A DNA stretch of 64,000 bases, from assembly GCA_963792415.1 (NCBI GenBank), contig CAWBVY010000001.1:32001-96000 (forward strand). Reading direction: 5' to 3'. The first letter of the stretch is position 1, and every line of letters starts with the position of its first letter. A program made the position numbers and the translations under genes. Origin of the DNA: Candidatus Deferrimicrobiaceae bacterium (GTDB lineage: Bacteria; Desulfobacterota; Deferrimicrobia; Deferrimicrobiales; Deferrimicrobiaceae). Shown one piece after another: positions 34,577 through 49,115 of the stretch. Under the pieces are notes generated by a model. The model made no database searches. It was not told the origin of the DNA and saw nothing but the letters and a program-made list of their open reading frames with translations.

Positions 34577-35311
34577 TCATTTCTTGCCCAGGCTCCGGAG
34601 ACGCTTGCCCAAGCAATACTCGACATATCCTGGGATAACCGTCCGTAATTCCTCGGCAATCACAACAGGAATCCGGAGTCGACCCCGCCCCGTGGTCTTC
34701 CCCGCCTGCAGGGCGCGCCATGTCTTCACGGCGCCGAGGGAGAGGGGGACCCCCCCCAGGGGGTTGCAGGCTCCGCACAGGACCCCCCCCTCTGCATCGA
34801 GAAAGCGGTACGACCGACCCTCCTTCTCCCTGCATCTCCGGCACCCGGAGAGGTCGGGCCCCCACCCGGCGATGACGAGGAATTCGGCCTCGGCCCTTCG
34901 GGCGGCCTCCGGCGGCGACTCCCCGTCCGCGATCGAACGCAACCCCCGCAGAAGGACCTCGAACGCCCGCGGCTTCCCCCCCCCCTGTGGAAAAAGCTCC
35001 GACGCGATCTCGAGCAGGTGGTCCGCGTGTCGCACGCGTTCCCAATCCTCCACGATCCCCCAGAAACTCCGGTTCACGGAGGCGGAGGAAAGGACGGCCA
35101 TCCGCCCCGTATGCTGCGTCCACGCAATGTCGAGGAGGACGTACCGCTGCAGGGCGCCGCCGAACCGTTTCCGGCTGCGCCACGCGGATTTTCCGACGGT
35201 CACGAGAACTCCGGCGTCCCGGGTGAAGAAGGTGAGGCGTCGGTCGGCCTCCCCGAGGTCGATGGCGCGGGCGAGGAATGCGGGAGAGGAGTGGAAGGAG
35301 GGCCGGATCAC
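34577..35311 (-). CDS. recO: DNA repair protein RecO
   Basis: LGEADRRLTFFTRDAG, SRKRFGG, Zn motif CRRC...CGAC. GTG overlaps the upstream stop, and the gene precedes glyQ. Confidence 0.9.
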   Translation of the reverse strand: MIRPSFHSSPAFLARAIDLGEADRRLTFFTRDAGVLVTVGKSAWRSRKRFGGALQRYVLLDIAWTQHTGRMAVLSSASVNRSFWGIVEDWERVRHADHLLEIASELFPQGGGKPRAFEVLLRGLRSIADGESPPEAARRAEAEFLVIAGWGPDLSGCRRCREKEGRSYRFLDAEGGVLCGACNPLGGVPLSLGAVKTWRALQAGKTTGRGRLRIPVVIAEELRTVIPGYVEYCLGKRLRSLGKK

Positions 35312-36115
35312 TGGCCGAAGGTGATCTTCTGGACCTGCCCCCGTTCTCCGAACGGCGGCAGCCGCCGGCCGTTCAGCGTTCCCGTGACGCCTCCCGCGTT
35401 GCCGAGTTTCAGGGTGATCCGTTTCCCGGCGTGGATGCTGATCTTGTCGCCGGCGTACAGCATCACATCGATCGGGTCGCCGTCGTCGAAGCTGTACATC
35501 ACCCACGCGAGCTCGCTCGCCTCGAGGAACAGCTGGAAGGGGCCGACGAGGGGGCCGGAGTCGCCCACCGCCGTCACCGACGACGCAGGTTCCGCCGGAG
35601 CCGGCGGGACCTGCGTCGGTGGAACGGCCGGCGCCGTCGTGTTATCGACCCCTGAAGGGAGGGCGACCGCCGGCGGGGAAGGAACCGCGACGACCGCGGG
35701 GGGCGGCGACGGCAACGGACGGCGCTCGGTGTGGAGGGACACCCAGGCGAGGATCAGTCCGACAAGAAGAACCGCCCCGGCGGCAACGGTGTAGGTCGCC
35801 CGGCGGCTCCCCCGCTCCCGCTCCCGCTCCACCCACCCGAACCGAAGCTGCGCGGCCATTTCGCTGTCGTCACGGATCCCGATCGACTGCTCGTACTCGG
35901 CGAGAACGGCCCCCGGATCCTCGGAGAGGTATTTGGCGTAACGCGCGGATGAAGCCGGTGGAGAACACGCGCTCCGGGAAATCCCGGAAGTCCCCTTCCT
36001 CGATCCCCGCGAGATACCGGCGACTGATCCGAAGCTCGGTGGAAACCTGGTCGATCGTCTTCCCCATCCTCTCGCGGCGTTCCTTCCAGGAGGAACCGGC
36101 GTATCCCGGCCTCAT
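35308..36115 (-). CDS. rodZ: RodZ-like HTH/TM/DUF4115 protein (frameshift near 35941)
   Basis: HTH LRISRRYLAGIEEG...GFIRA continues as YAKYL only after removing one base, then a TM helix, Pro-rich linker and LKLGNAGGV. Confidence 0.8.
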
Positions 36116-36885
36116 CGCTTCCCCGGTCCGAGCAGCGTCACGTAGGACGCCGCCTGTTTTCTTTCTTCGGGATCGCTCGATACCGTGAGAACCTTGTCGA
36201 ACGCCTTCAACGCATCCTCCGGCCGCGAGAGGCGGAGCCAGGCGCGCCCCAGTGCCATCCAGCCCGGGGAGTAGTCGGGAAGGACCTCCACGCAGCGGGT
36301 GAGGACGGACGCCGCGTCGGCCCACCTTCCCTGTCCGCCGAGGACCCCGGAGAGTGCGATATAGGCCGGTGCGTACCGGTCGTTCGCCCGCAACGCCCGC
36401 CGGTAGGCACCCTCCGCGTTCGCGGGATCCCCTTTGGCGCGATACGCCTCGCCGAGATTGAAATACGCCCGTTCCGGGGTCTTGTACATCACGTTCGCCG
36501 CGGCCGCCTCGAACTCTGGGATCGCCTTGTCCCACTCCTTGCGCTCCGCGAGGACGATGCCGAGGTTGTTCCGCGCCTCGGCGTAATCCGACTTCATGGA
36601 AATCGCCCGGCGGAGATGCTCCTCGGCCTTCGACAGATCGCCGCGCGCCTGGTAAGTGAGGCCGAGAACCATCTCCACTTCCGCGTTCTCCGGATCGAGT
36701 TCCGATGCCTTCGTCAGCTCCTGCATCGCCATCGGCAGGTTCCGCTGGTCGAGATAGGTCACGCCCATCCGCATCCGCGCATCGGCTTCCTGCTTCCGAT
36801 TCGCGGAGTTCCCGGCGCACCCCGCGAGGATCGCCGCGAAGAGGCATACCAAGGAGAGGAACGGCATTTCCCGGGGACGGATCAC
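36112..36885 (-). CDS. PilW/PilF-like TPR lipoprotein
   Basis: Lipobox LAGC, TPRs (EARNNLG, YKTPERAYFNLG), rlmN...rodZ context. Confidence 0.82.
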   Translation of the reverse strand: MIRPREMPFLSLVCLFAAILAGCAGNSANRKQEADARMRMGVTYLDQRNLPMAMQELTKASELDPENAEVEMVLGLTYQARGDLSKAEEHLRRAISMKSDYAEARNNLGIVLAERKEWDKAIPEFEAAAANVMYKTPERAYFNLGEAYRAKGDPANAEGAYRRALRANDRYAPAYIALSGVLGGQGRWADAASVLTRCVEVLPDYSPGWMALGRAWLRLSRPEDALKAFDKVLTVSSDPEERKQAASYVTLLGPGKR

Positions 36886-37739
36886 AGGTATTTCCCGATC
36901 AGAAGGTCGAGGCGCCGGCGTGCCGCCGGCGGGATCCGCTTCCGGTCCGTGATGATCGCGTATTTCAGCGCCTCGCCGCACCGGCACCCCCCCGGAAGAG
37001 GCAAGCGGAGGGCGATCTCCCGGACGATCCTCTTCGAGTTCTCCACGTTGCGGCGCAGGAGGTCGAGAATCGCCTCGATCGACACATCGTCCTGCGTCTC
37101 GTGCCAGCAGTCGTAGTCGGTCGCCAGCGCGAGCGTCGCGTAGCAGATCTCCGCTTCGCGGGCGAGTTTCGCCTCCGGCATGTTCGTCATCCCGATGACA
37201 TCGACCCCCCATTTCCTGTAGATTCGGGATTCGGCGCGCGTGGAGAAGGCCGGCCCCTCCATGCAAAGGTACGCCCCCCCCCGATGGACGCGCCGTACGA
37301 CCTTGCGCGCCGCCGCGTACGCCACGGCGGAGAGGTCCGGGCAGACCGGGTCGGCGAAGGCGACGTGCCCCGCCACGCCGTCGCTGAAGAAGGTGTTCGG
37401 CCGCAGCCGCGTGTGATCGAAGAACTGGTCGACGACGACGATGTCTCCCGGCCGGATCCGTTCCTTCATGCTGCCGACGGCCGAGATCGAAAGGATCGCC
37501 CCGGCGCCGATCTTCTTCATCGCGTAGATGTTTGCGCGGTAGTTGATCTGCGAGGGGGAGAACCGGTGTCCCTTCCCGTGGCGGGGCAGGAACGCGAGCG
37601 TCCTCCCCTCGAGCTCGCCCACGGTGATCGCGTCGGACGGCGCGCCGAAGGGCGTCCGGACGACGACCTGCCGGACGTTCTTCATCCCCTCCATCTCGTA
37701 GAGGCCGGAACCGCCGATGATGCCAAGGATGCCCGTCAT
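36882..37739 (-). CDS. mtnP: S-methyl-5'-thioadenosine phosphorylase
   Basis: GIIGGSG, PRHG, INYRANI, EGPAFSTRAES, GMTNMPEAKLARE, TDYDCW. Confidence 0.95.
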   Translation of the reverse strand: MTGILGIIGGSGLYEMEGMKNVRQVVVRTPFGAPSDAITVGELEGRTLAFLPRHGKGHRFSPSQINYRANIYAMKKIGAGAILSISAVGSMKERIRPGDIVVVDQFFDHTRLRPNTFFSDGVAGHVAFADPVCPDLSAVAYAAARKVVRRVHRGGAYLCMEGPAFSTRAESRIYRKWGVDVIGMTNMPEAKLAREAEICYATLALATDYDCWHETQDDVSIEAILDLLRRNVENSKRIVREIALRLPLPGGCRCGEALKYAIITDRKRIPPAARRRLDLLIGKYL

Positions 37740-37800
37740 GAAACCTTCCTTCCACCGCGTGGAATAACCTATAAGACTATAGGCAGATCGGGAACGGCGC

Positions 37801-38859
37801 TCAACCCCTTTTTCCCCCGGCAGCGATCCGCAATTGCCCGCAGGCGGCGCGGATATCGGCGCCCCTCCGCTCGCGGGTGATCGTCTGGACCCCTCCCGCG
37901 ATGAGAATCTTCCGGAACCGGATCAGCGTTTCCGCCTCCGGCGCCCGGTGCGGCGACCCTTCGTGCGGGTTGCAGGAGATGAGGTTGACCTTGATCCGCC
38001 CGCCGCGGAACAGGCGGGAGAGCGCAAGGGCGTCCTCGGCCGAATCGTTCACGCCCGCCAGCAGGACATACTCCGCGGACACCTTTCGCCCGCTTTGCAA
38101 TGGTATCCGCCGCATCGCGGCGACGACCTCCTTCAGCGGATATTTCCGGTTGACCGGCATCAGGAGGGAACGGAGATCGTCCCGGGCGGCGTTGATCGAG
38201 ACCGCGAAGCTGACGGGGAATCGCAGCGCGAGCGGGAGCATCTCCGGAACGATCCCCGCCGTGGAGACGGTGACCCGCTTGCCGGAGATGCCGAACCCGA
38301 ACTGCGAAAGGAGGATCCCGATCGCCCGCGAAACTTCCGGAACGTTCAGCAGCGGCTCCCCCATTCCCATGAAGACGACGTTCGACAGGCGCTCCCCCCG
38401 TTCCGCAAGTCGCTTCGCGGCGAAACAGGCCTGCTGGACGATCTCGGCGGAGGTCATGTTCCTCTGGAAGCCGGCTTCGCCGGTCGCGCAGAAGCCGCAC
38501 AGGAGCGGGCACCCCACCTGGGAGGAGATGCACAAGGTGCGCCGCCCCTCGTCCGGGATCAGGACGCTTTCGACCGCCTCGCCGTCCGCGAGCCGGAAGA
38601 GGTACTTCTCCGTCCCGTCGGAGGAGATCTCGACGCGCTCCGCCGTGAAACCCGAAATGCGGCACGACGCCGCGAGGATTCCCCGCAGCTCCTTCGACAG
38701 GTCCGTCATCGCGGCGAAGTCGCCGGCATGTTTCTGATAGATCCAGCGGAAGAGCTGCCGGGCGCGGTACCGCTCCTTCCCCCACCGGGATAGGAACTCC
38801 TCCAGCTCGGGGAGCGTCATCCCCTTCAGATCCATCCGTTCGGCACTCACGCCCGTCAT
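37801..38859 (-). CDS. rlmN: Dual-specificity RNA methyltransferase RlmN
   Basis: CISSQVGC, CxxxCxxC, MGMGEP, AACGQL. Confidence 0.96.
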   Translation of the reverse strand: MTGVSAERMDLKGMTLPELEEFLSRWGKERYRARQLFRWIYQKHAGDFAAMTDLSKELRGILAASCRISGFTAERVEISSDGTEKYLFRLADGEAVESVLIPDEGRRTLCISSQVGCPLLCGFCATGEAGFQRNMTSAEIVQQACFAAKRLAERGERLSNVVFMGMGEPLLNVPEVSRAIGILLSQFGFGISGKRVTVSTAGIVPEMLPLALRFPVSFAVSINAARDDLRSLLMPVNRKYPLKEVVAAMRRIPLQSGRKVSAEYVLLAGVNDSAEDALALSRLFRGGRIKVNLISCNPHEGSPHRAPEAETLIRFRKILIAGGVQTITRERRGADIRAACGQLRIAAGGKRG

Positions 38860-39091
38860 CGTTTCACTTTACCACTGCCAAACGCCTGCCGGGACGACGC
38901 TTCTCCGAAGGGGGGCTCCCCGCTCGCATCCGGGACTCCCCCTAGGCTGCGCCGCCTCGGAGGGCGGGGCTCCGTTCGTGGCTCGCCGTGCGGTGAACCT
39001 GCACGGCTGCGCTTTACCTCACTGCGCCCCCCTCCTGCGGCGACTCCGCCGGACCCTCCCGTTCCGTACGCCGCACCGTGGAACCCCCCGT

Positions 39092-39156
39092 GTGCCCCCC
39101 GTTTATCCTACAGCGGGGGTACCCCAGGGAGCGCTATTCGTATGGGAGTGGGGTGC
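39092..39156 (+). repeat. Dispersed 65-bp intergenic repeat, copy 3
   Basis: Same element as 23877-23941, with core GGGGGTACCCC. Confidence 0.85.
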
Positions 39157-39170
39157 GCTCACCTCTGCGG

Positions 39171-39210
39171 AAAAAAGCCCGGGTTGCGTTCCCGCAACCC
39201 GGGCTTATTT
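39171..39210 (-). terminator. Intrinsic terminator after icd
   Basis: AAGCCCGGGTTGCG-loop-CGCAACCCGGGCTT with a T6 tail on the minus strand. Confidence 0.88.
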
Positions 39211-39229
39211 CGGCAAGATTGGCGATCGG

Positions 39230-41515
<2,286 letters not shown>

Positions 41516-41951
41516 TTAACTTACAATATCCAAATCACTGAAAAAGTAGCTTATTTCTGTTTTTGCCGTCTCCGGGGCATCGGAGCCGTGGACGATGTTC
41601 TGCTCCACGTTGTCGGCCAGGTCGGCCCGGATCGTCCCCCGGTCGGCCTTCTTCGGATCGGTGGCCCCCATCAGGAGACGGTTGCGCGCGATGACGTTCT
41701 CCCCTTCCAGCACCATCGCGACGATCGGGCCCGACGACATGAATTCGGTGAGCGAGCCGAAGAAGGGACGCTCCCGGTGGACGGCGTAGAACCCCTCCGC
41801 CTCCTTTTTCGTGAGGTGGAGCATCCGCATCGCCACGACGCGGATCCCCGACGCCTCGAACCGCCGGATCACCTCGCCCACGACCCCCTTGCGGACCCCG
41901 TCGGGCTTCACGATCGACAAGGTGCGCTGCGATTCCCGCGGGGTGCGTCAT
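41516..41951 (-). CDS. ndk: Nucleoside diphosphate kinase (probable frameshift near the 5' end)
   Basis: [21 protein letters not shown]. The ATG overlapping the korC stop is one base out of frame. Confidence 0.92.
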
Positions 41952-42496
41952 TTCGCCTTCGCCTTCGCGAGGCCGTACCCGGCCATCAGCGCCTTCTTGT
42001 TCAGCTCTTCCGTCCCCTTCGGGACGCGGGAGAGGACCGCCTTCTCCACCGCCTCGATGCTCACCTGCCCGGACATCGCGGCGATGGCGCCGATCGCCAC
42101 GATGTTGGCGACGAACGCCTTCCCGATCTCCTCGGACGCGGTCCGGATGATGGGAAGCTTGATCACCTTGAAGGTCCCCTTGGGGATCTCCTTCACGAAG
42201 TCCTCGTCGACCAGCAGGGTGCCGTTCGGCTTGATATCCTTGTAATACTTCGAACACGCCTCCTGGGTGAGGGCGAGCATCATGTCGATCTCGGTGGCCT
42301 TCGGGAAGTCGATCGTCTTGTCGGAGATGATGACCTCCGACTTGGAGGCGCCGCCGCGGGCCTCGGGCCCGTACGACTGGCTCTGGACGGCGGTCTTCTT
42401 GTCGTAGATGGTCGCCGCCTCGGCGAAGATGACGCCGGCGAGGATCAGCCCCTGCCCGCCGGAGCCGGAGAAACGGATCTCGTATCGTCCGCTCAT
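41948..42496 (-). CDS. korC: 2-oxoglutarate:ferredoxin oxidoreductase gamma subunit
   Basis: IRFSGSGGQG, QSYGPEARGG. Confidence 0.9.
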   Translation of the reverse strand: MSGRYEIRFSGSGGQGLILAGVIFAEAATIYDKKTAVQSQSYGPEARGGASKSEVIISDKTIDFPKATEIDMMLALTQEACSKYYKDIKPNGTLLVDEDFVKEIPKGTFKVIKLPIIRTASEEIGKAFVANIVAIGAIAAMSGQVSIEAVEKAVLSRVPKGTEELNKKALMAGYGLAKAKAK

Positions 42497-42501
42497 CGGT
42501 T

Positions 42502-43335
42502 TCAGGCCCTCCCCTCTCTCTGCTTCTTCAGCCGCTCGACGAGGCCGTAGTAGGTCTCGCAATACTCGGGGACCCCCTCTTTTTTGAAGAGAACGCCCAT
42601 GGGGAATTTCCCGGCGGTCTTCTCCGGCGGCAGCTTCTCGAACGCCACGGCCGGGATGTAGGTGTCCTTCATCCACAGGAGCATGTCCGTGGGGCTCTTG
42701 AACTTGTTCCGGCGGCCGTGCGTGGTGGGGCAGGCGTTGATGATCTCGACCACGGAGAGCCCCTTGTGCTGCATCGCCTCGATGATGAGCTTGTCGAGCC
42801 CCGCCGCGTGGTAGGCGGTGCCGCGGGCCACGAAGCTCGCGCCCGCACCCTTCGCCAGTTCCGGGATGTTGAAGGACGGGTCCACGTTGCCGTACGGCAT
42901 CGTGGTGGCCAGGTGGCCGGACGGGGTCGTCGGGGAGTACTGCCCCCCCGTCATCCCGTAAATGAAGTTGTTGAAGACGAGCACGGTGATGTCGATGTTC
43001 CTGCGGCATGCGTGGATGAAGTGGTTCCCGCCGATCGCCGTCGCGTCGCCGTCGCCGCTGACCACGAGGACGTGCTTGTCGGGCTTCGCCATCTTGAGCC
43101 CGGTGGCGAAGGGGAGCGCGCGCCCGTGGGCGGTGTGCAGCGTGTTGAAGTCCACGTAGCCGGGGAGGCGGGAGGCGCACCCGATCCCGGACACCATCGC
43201 GATGTCGTCCCGGTTGAGCTTCAGGGTGTCGACGACGCGCAGGATGGACTTGAACACGATGCCGTAGGTGCACCCCGGGCACCAGATGTGGGGCAGCTTC
43301 CCGCCGCGGATGTACTGATCGTAGTCGAACGCCAT
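42502..43335 (-). CDS. korB: 2-oxoglutarate:ferredoxin oxidoreductase beta subunit
   Basis: WCPGC, SGIGC, TPP-binding GDGD...NN, YGMTGGQ. Confidence 0.92.
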   Translation of the reverse strand: MAFDYDQYIRGGKLPHIWCPGCTYGIVFKSILRVVDTLKLNRDDIAMVSGIGCASRLPGYVDFNTLHTAHGRALPFATGLKMAKPDKHVLVVSGDGDATAIGGNHFIHACRRNIDITVLVFNNFIYGMTGGQYSPTTPSGHLATTMPYGNVDPSFNIPELAKGAGASFVARGTAYHAAGLDKLIIEAMQHKGLSVVEIINACPTTHGRRNKFKSPTDMLLWMKDTYIPAVAFEKLPPEKTAGKFPMGVLFKKEGVPEYCETYYGLVERLKKQREGRA

Positions 43336-43336
43336 G

Positions 43337-44467
43337 CTACTTGACCTCCTTTACCTTGGCCAGGATCTGCGCCGGGTTGATCGGGTCGCCGTCGACCCGG
43401 TAGATCCCCTCCACCTTGCACCGGCACTTCGCGCACCGGTCCACCTCGAAGATGATCTGGCCCAGGGAGAGTTCTGGAACGATGATCCCCTTGACACGCC
43501 CGGAAAGCTCGGCGACCTGCTCCTCGGGGAACGGCCAGATGGTCAGAGGCCGGAACAGCCCGGCCTTGATCCCTTCCGCCCGGGCCGCCTCGACCGCCGT
43601 TTTCGCGGAGCGGCCGGAGACGCCGTAGGCGAAGATGGCGACGTCCGCGTCCTCCAGCAGGTACTCCTCGTACCTGATGATATCCGCCTTGTTGGCCTCG
43701 ACCTTCCGCATCAGCCGCAGTTCGTCGGTGTGGATCCTCGGGGAGGCGTTCACGGGGAAGCCGTCGGTCCCGTGGTTCAGCCCCGTCACGTGATACCGGT
43801 ACCCCTCGAAGAAGTTCGCCATCGGGGGGACGTCGCCCTTGCTGTCGTCGTACGGCAGGTACTCGGAGGGCGGACAGGTCGGCTTCGTCCGGTTGATGAC
43901 CTCCAGGACGCCGGCGTCGGGGATCTCGATCCGCTCCCGCATGTGCCCAACGATCTCGTCGAACGCGATGATCACCGGGGTGCGGTACTTCTCCGAGAGA
44001 TTGAACGCCCGGACCGTCTCGGAGAAGATCTCCTGGACGTAGGCCGGCGTGAGGCAGATGACCGGGTGGTCGCCGTGCGTCCCCCACTTGCACTGCATGA
44101 TGTCGCTCTGGCCGGGGCCGGTCGGAACGCCGGTCGACGGGCCGCCGCGCATCACGTTGACGATGACGCAGGGGATCTCCGTCAGCATGGCGAACCCCAT
44201 GTTCTCCTGCTTGAGCGAGAAGCCGGGGCCGGAGGTGGCGGTGAGGGCCTTGCTGCCCGCGAGCGAACCTCCGATCACCGCCGCCATCGCCGCGATCTCG
44301 TCCTCCATCTGCAGGAAGACACCGCCGATCTGCGGAAGCCGCCTCGCCAGATACTCGGCCACCTCGGTCGACGGGGTGATCGGGTAGCCGCCGAAGAAGG
44401 TGCACCCCGCGTAGAGGGCCCCTTCCGCGCACGCCTCGTTACCCTGGAGCAGTTTGATCTTGCTCAC
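43337..44467 (-). CDS. korA: 2-oxoglutarate:ferredoxin oxidoreductase alpha subunit
   Basis: QGNEAC, GYPITPSTE, QMEDE, ATSGPG, RGGPSTG. GTG start after an AAGGAG RBS. Confidence 0.92.
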   Translation of the reverse strand: MSKIKLLQGNEACAEGALYAGCTFFGGYPITPSTEVAEYLARRLPQIGGVFLQMEDEIAAMAAVIGGSLAGSKALTATSGPGFSLKQENMGFAMLTEIPCVIVNVMRGGPSTGVPTGPGQSDIMQCKWGTHGDHPVICLTPAYVQEIFSETVRAFNLSEKYRTPVIIAFDEIVGHMRERIEIPDAGVLEVINRTKPTCPPSEYLPYDDSKGDVPPMANFFEGYRYHVTGLNHGTDGFPVNASPRIHTDELRLMRKVEANKADIIRYEEYLLEDADVAIFAYGVSGRSAKTAVEAARAEGIKAGLFRPLTIWPFPEEQVAELSGRVKGIIVPELSLGQIIFEVDRCAKCRCKVEGIYRVDGDPINPAQILAKVKEVK

Positions 44468-44505
44468 CGTAATCTCTCCTTTGTCCGGGTTCGTATGGTG
44501 GAACG

Positions 44506-44739
44506 CTATTTCTTCTCCACGAAGATGGCGAAGTCCGGGCACCGCAGCTCGCAAGCCATGCAGATCGTGCACTTGTCGATGTCCACCACCCTCACCTTGA
44601 ACACGTCCATCCCGAGCACCTTCGTGGGGCACAGCTTCACGCAGATCTCGCACCCCTTGCAGTAGCGGGGGATGATGCTGATCTTGACCTTCGAACTCTC
44701 GGTCGCCTCGATCTTCTCCGCAGCCTGTTCCGTCGCCAT
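44506..44739 (-). CDS. korD: 2[4Fe-4S] ferredoxin, oxidoreductase delta subunit
   Basis: Two CxxCxxCxxxCP motifs. Confidence 0.9.
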   Translation of the reverse strand: MATEQAAEKIEATESSKVKISIIPRYCKGCEICVKLCPTKVLGMDVFKVRVVDIDKCTICMACELRCPDFAIFVEKK

Positions 44740-44757
44740 CGGTTCCCGTCCCTTCCT

Positions 44758-45639
44758 TTAGTTGGCTTTCAGCCCAAGACGGCGGGCCAGGGTCTTCCCC
44801 ATGTCGGAGGGCGTCTCGGACACGGAGATCCCCGCCGCCTTGAACGCCTCGATCTTCTCCGCAGCGGTCCCCTTCCCCCCGGAGATGACGGCGCCCGCGT
44901 GTCCCATCCGCTTCCCCTTGGGGGCGGTCTGGCCCGCGATGAACCCCACCACCGGCTTGGTCACGTGCGCCTTCACGTAGGCGGCCGCCTCTTCCTCCGC
45001 CATCCCGCCGATCTCGCCGATCATGATGATGGCCTCGGTCTTCGGGTCGGCCTGGAAGGCGGAAAGGACGTCGATGAAGTTCGTCCCGTTGATGGGATCG
45101 CCGCCGATGCCGACGCAGGTGGACTGCCCCAGCCCCACGCCGGTCACCTGGTGGACCGCCTCGTAGGTCAGCGTCCCGGACTTGGAGACGATGCCGATGG
45201 TGCCCGGCTTGTGGATGCTGCCCGGCATGATGCCGATCTTGCACTCCCCGGGCGTGATGACCCCCGGGCAGTTCGGCCCCACCAGCCGGGTCTTCTTCCC
45301 CTCCATGAATTTTTTCACCTTGACCATGTCGAGGATGGGGATCCCCTCGGTGATGCACACCACGATGTCGAGCCCCGCGTCGAACGCCTCGCAGATCGCG
45401 TCCGCCGCGAACGCCGGGGGTACGTAGATCACCGACGCGTTGGCGCCGGTGGCCTTGACCGCATCGGTCACGGTGTTGAAGACCGGGACGCCCTCCACCT
45501 TGGTCCCCGCCTTGCCGGGGGTCACGCCCCCGACGATCTTCGTGCCGTACTCCAGCATCTGCTTCGCGTGGAACGTCCCCACGGAGCCGGTGATCCCCTG
45601 AACGAGAACCTTGGTGTTCTTGTCGATGTATATGCTCAT
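44758..45639 (-). CDS. sucD: Succinyl-CoA synthetase alpha subunit
   Basis: VQGITG, GPNCPG, SGTLTYE, RMGHAGA. Confidence 0.97.
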   Translation of the reverse strand: MSIYIDKNTKVLVQGITGSVGTFHAKQMLEYGTKIVGGVTPGKAGTKVEGVPVFNTVTDAVKATGANASVIYVPPAFAADAICEAFDAGLDIVVCITEGIPILDMVKVKKFMEGKKTRLVGPNCPGVITPGECKIGIMPGSIHKPGTIGIVSKSGTLTYEAVHQVTGVGLGQSTCVGIGGDPINGTNFIDVLSAFQADPKTEAIIMIGEIGGMAEEEAAAYVKAHVTKPVVGFIAGQTAPKGKRMGHAGAVISGGKGTAAEKIEAFKAAGISVSETPSDMGKTLARRLGLKAN

Positions 45640-45651
45640 GGACGCGCCCCC

Positions 45652-46821
45652 TTAGTTCGCCCGGCCGGCGGCGGCCAGGACGACTTTCCTCGCCGCGTCG
45701 CCCATGTCGGCTGCGGAAATGATGTTGAGCTTCGACGCCGCGAGGATCTCCTTCCCCTTCTCCACGTTCGTCCCCTCGAGCCGGACGACCAGGGGGACCG
45801 TGAGACCGAGGGACTTCGCCGCCGTCACCACGCCTTCGGCGATGATGTCGCACCGCATGATCCCCCCGAAGATGTTCACGAGGATCGCCTTCACGCCCGC
45901 GTCGGACAGGATGAGCCGGAAGGCGTTGGTCACCTGCTCGACGCCCGCGCCGCCCCCCACGTCGAGGAAGTTCGCCGGGTTGCCGCCGCAGCTCTTGATC
46001 ATGTCCATCGTGGCCATCGCCAGCCCCGCGCCGTTCACCATGCAGCCGATGTTGCCGTCGAGGCGGATGTAGGAGAGGTCGTGGTTCGACGCCTCCGTTT
46101 CCGTCGGGTCCTCCTCGTCGAAGTCCCGAAGCGCCTGGATGTCCTGGTGGCGGTACAGGCCGTTGCTCTCGAAGTTCATCTTCGCGTCCAGCGCGACGAT
46201 GTCGCCGTCCTCGGTCAGGACGAGCGGGTTGATCTCGACCAGGGAGCAGTCCGTGCCCATGAAGGCGTTGTAAAGCCCCGTCATCAATTTCACCGCTTTC
46301 CCGGTAAGCTCCTTGGGGATCCCCAGCCCGAAGGCCAGTTTCCGGGCCTGGAACGCCACCAGGCCTACCGCCGGGTCCACCCACTCCTTCAGGATCTTTT
46401 CCGGGGTGTTGGCCGCGACGGTCTCGATGTCCATCCCGCCTTCCGTCGAGGCCATCACGACGACCTGCGAGGTCGCCCGGTCGACGATGATGCCGAGGTA
46501 GAGCTCCTTCTGGATCTTCCCCGCCTGCTCGACCAGGACGCGCTTGACCTTTTTCCCCTGGGGGCCCGTCTGGGGGGTCACCAGGGTCATCCCGATGATC
46601 TCATGGGCGTACTTCCGCGCCTCGGCGGAGGTCTTGGCGAGCTTCACGCCGCCGCCCTTCCCCCGGCCTCCCGCGTGGATCTGTGCCTTGATCACGACGG
46701 GTGTGCCGAACTCCTCGGCGATGACCTCGGCCTGCGCCGGGGTGTCCGCCACCTTCCCTTTCGGCACGGTGACGCCGTACTTCGCCAGAACGGCCTTCGC
46801 CTGGTACTCGTGTATGTTCAT
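45652..46821 (-). CDS. sucC: Succinyl-CoA synthetase beta subunit
   Basis: [35 protein letters not shown]. Confidence 0.97.
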   Translation of the reverse strand: MNIHEYQAKAVLAKYGVTVPKGKVADTPAQAEVIAEEFGTPVVIKAQIHAGGRGKGGGVKLAKTSAEARKYAHEIIGMTLVTPQTGPQGKKVKRVLVEQAGKIQKELYLGIIVDRATSQVVVMASTEGGMDIETVAANTPEKILKEWVDPAVGLVAFQARKLAFGLGIPKELTGKAVKLMTGLYNAFMGTDCSLVEINPLVLTEDGDIVALDAKMNFESNGLYRHQDIQALRDFDEEDPTETEASNHDLSYIRLDGNIGCMVNGAGLAMATMDMIKSCGGNPANFLDVGGGAGVEQVTNAFRLILSDAGVKAILVNIFGGIMRCDIIAEGVVTAAKSLGLTVPLVVRLEGTNVEKGKEILAASKLNIISAADMGDAARKVVLAAAGRAN

Positions 46822-46879
46822 ATCCTCCGGCTCCTCCCGGTTGATTTGTGATCGATCCGATCCTTCGCGGGCGCGGGGT

Positions 46880-49111
<2,232 letters not shown>

Positions 49112-49115
<4 letters not shown>

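Noticed and set aside
35810-35830. CCCGCT microsatellite
   Set aside because: A short in-frame Glu-Arg repeat within the rodZ linker with no sign of function.
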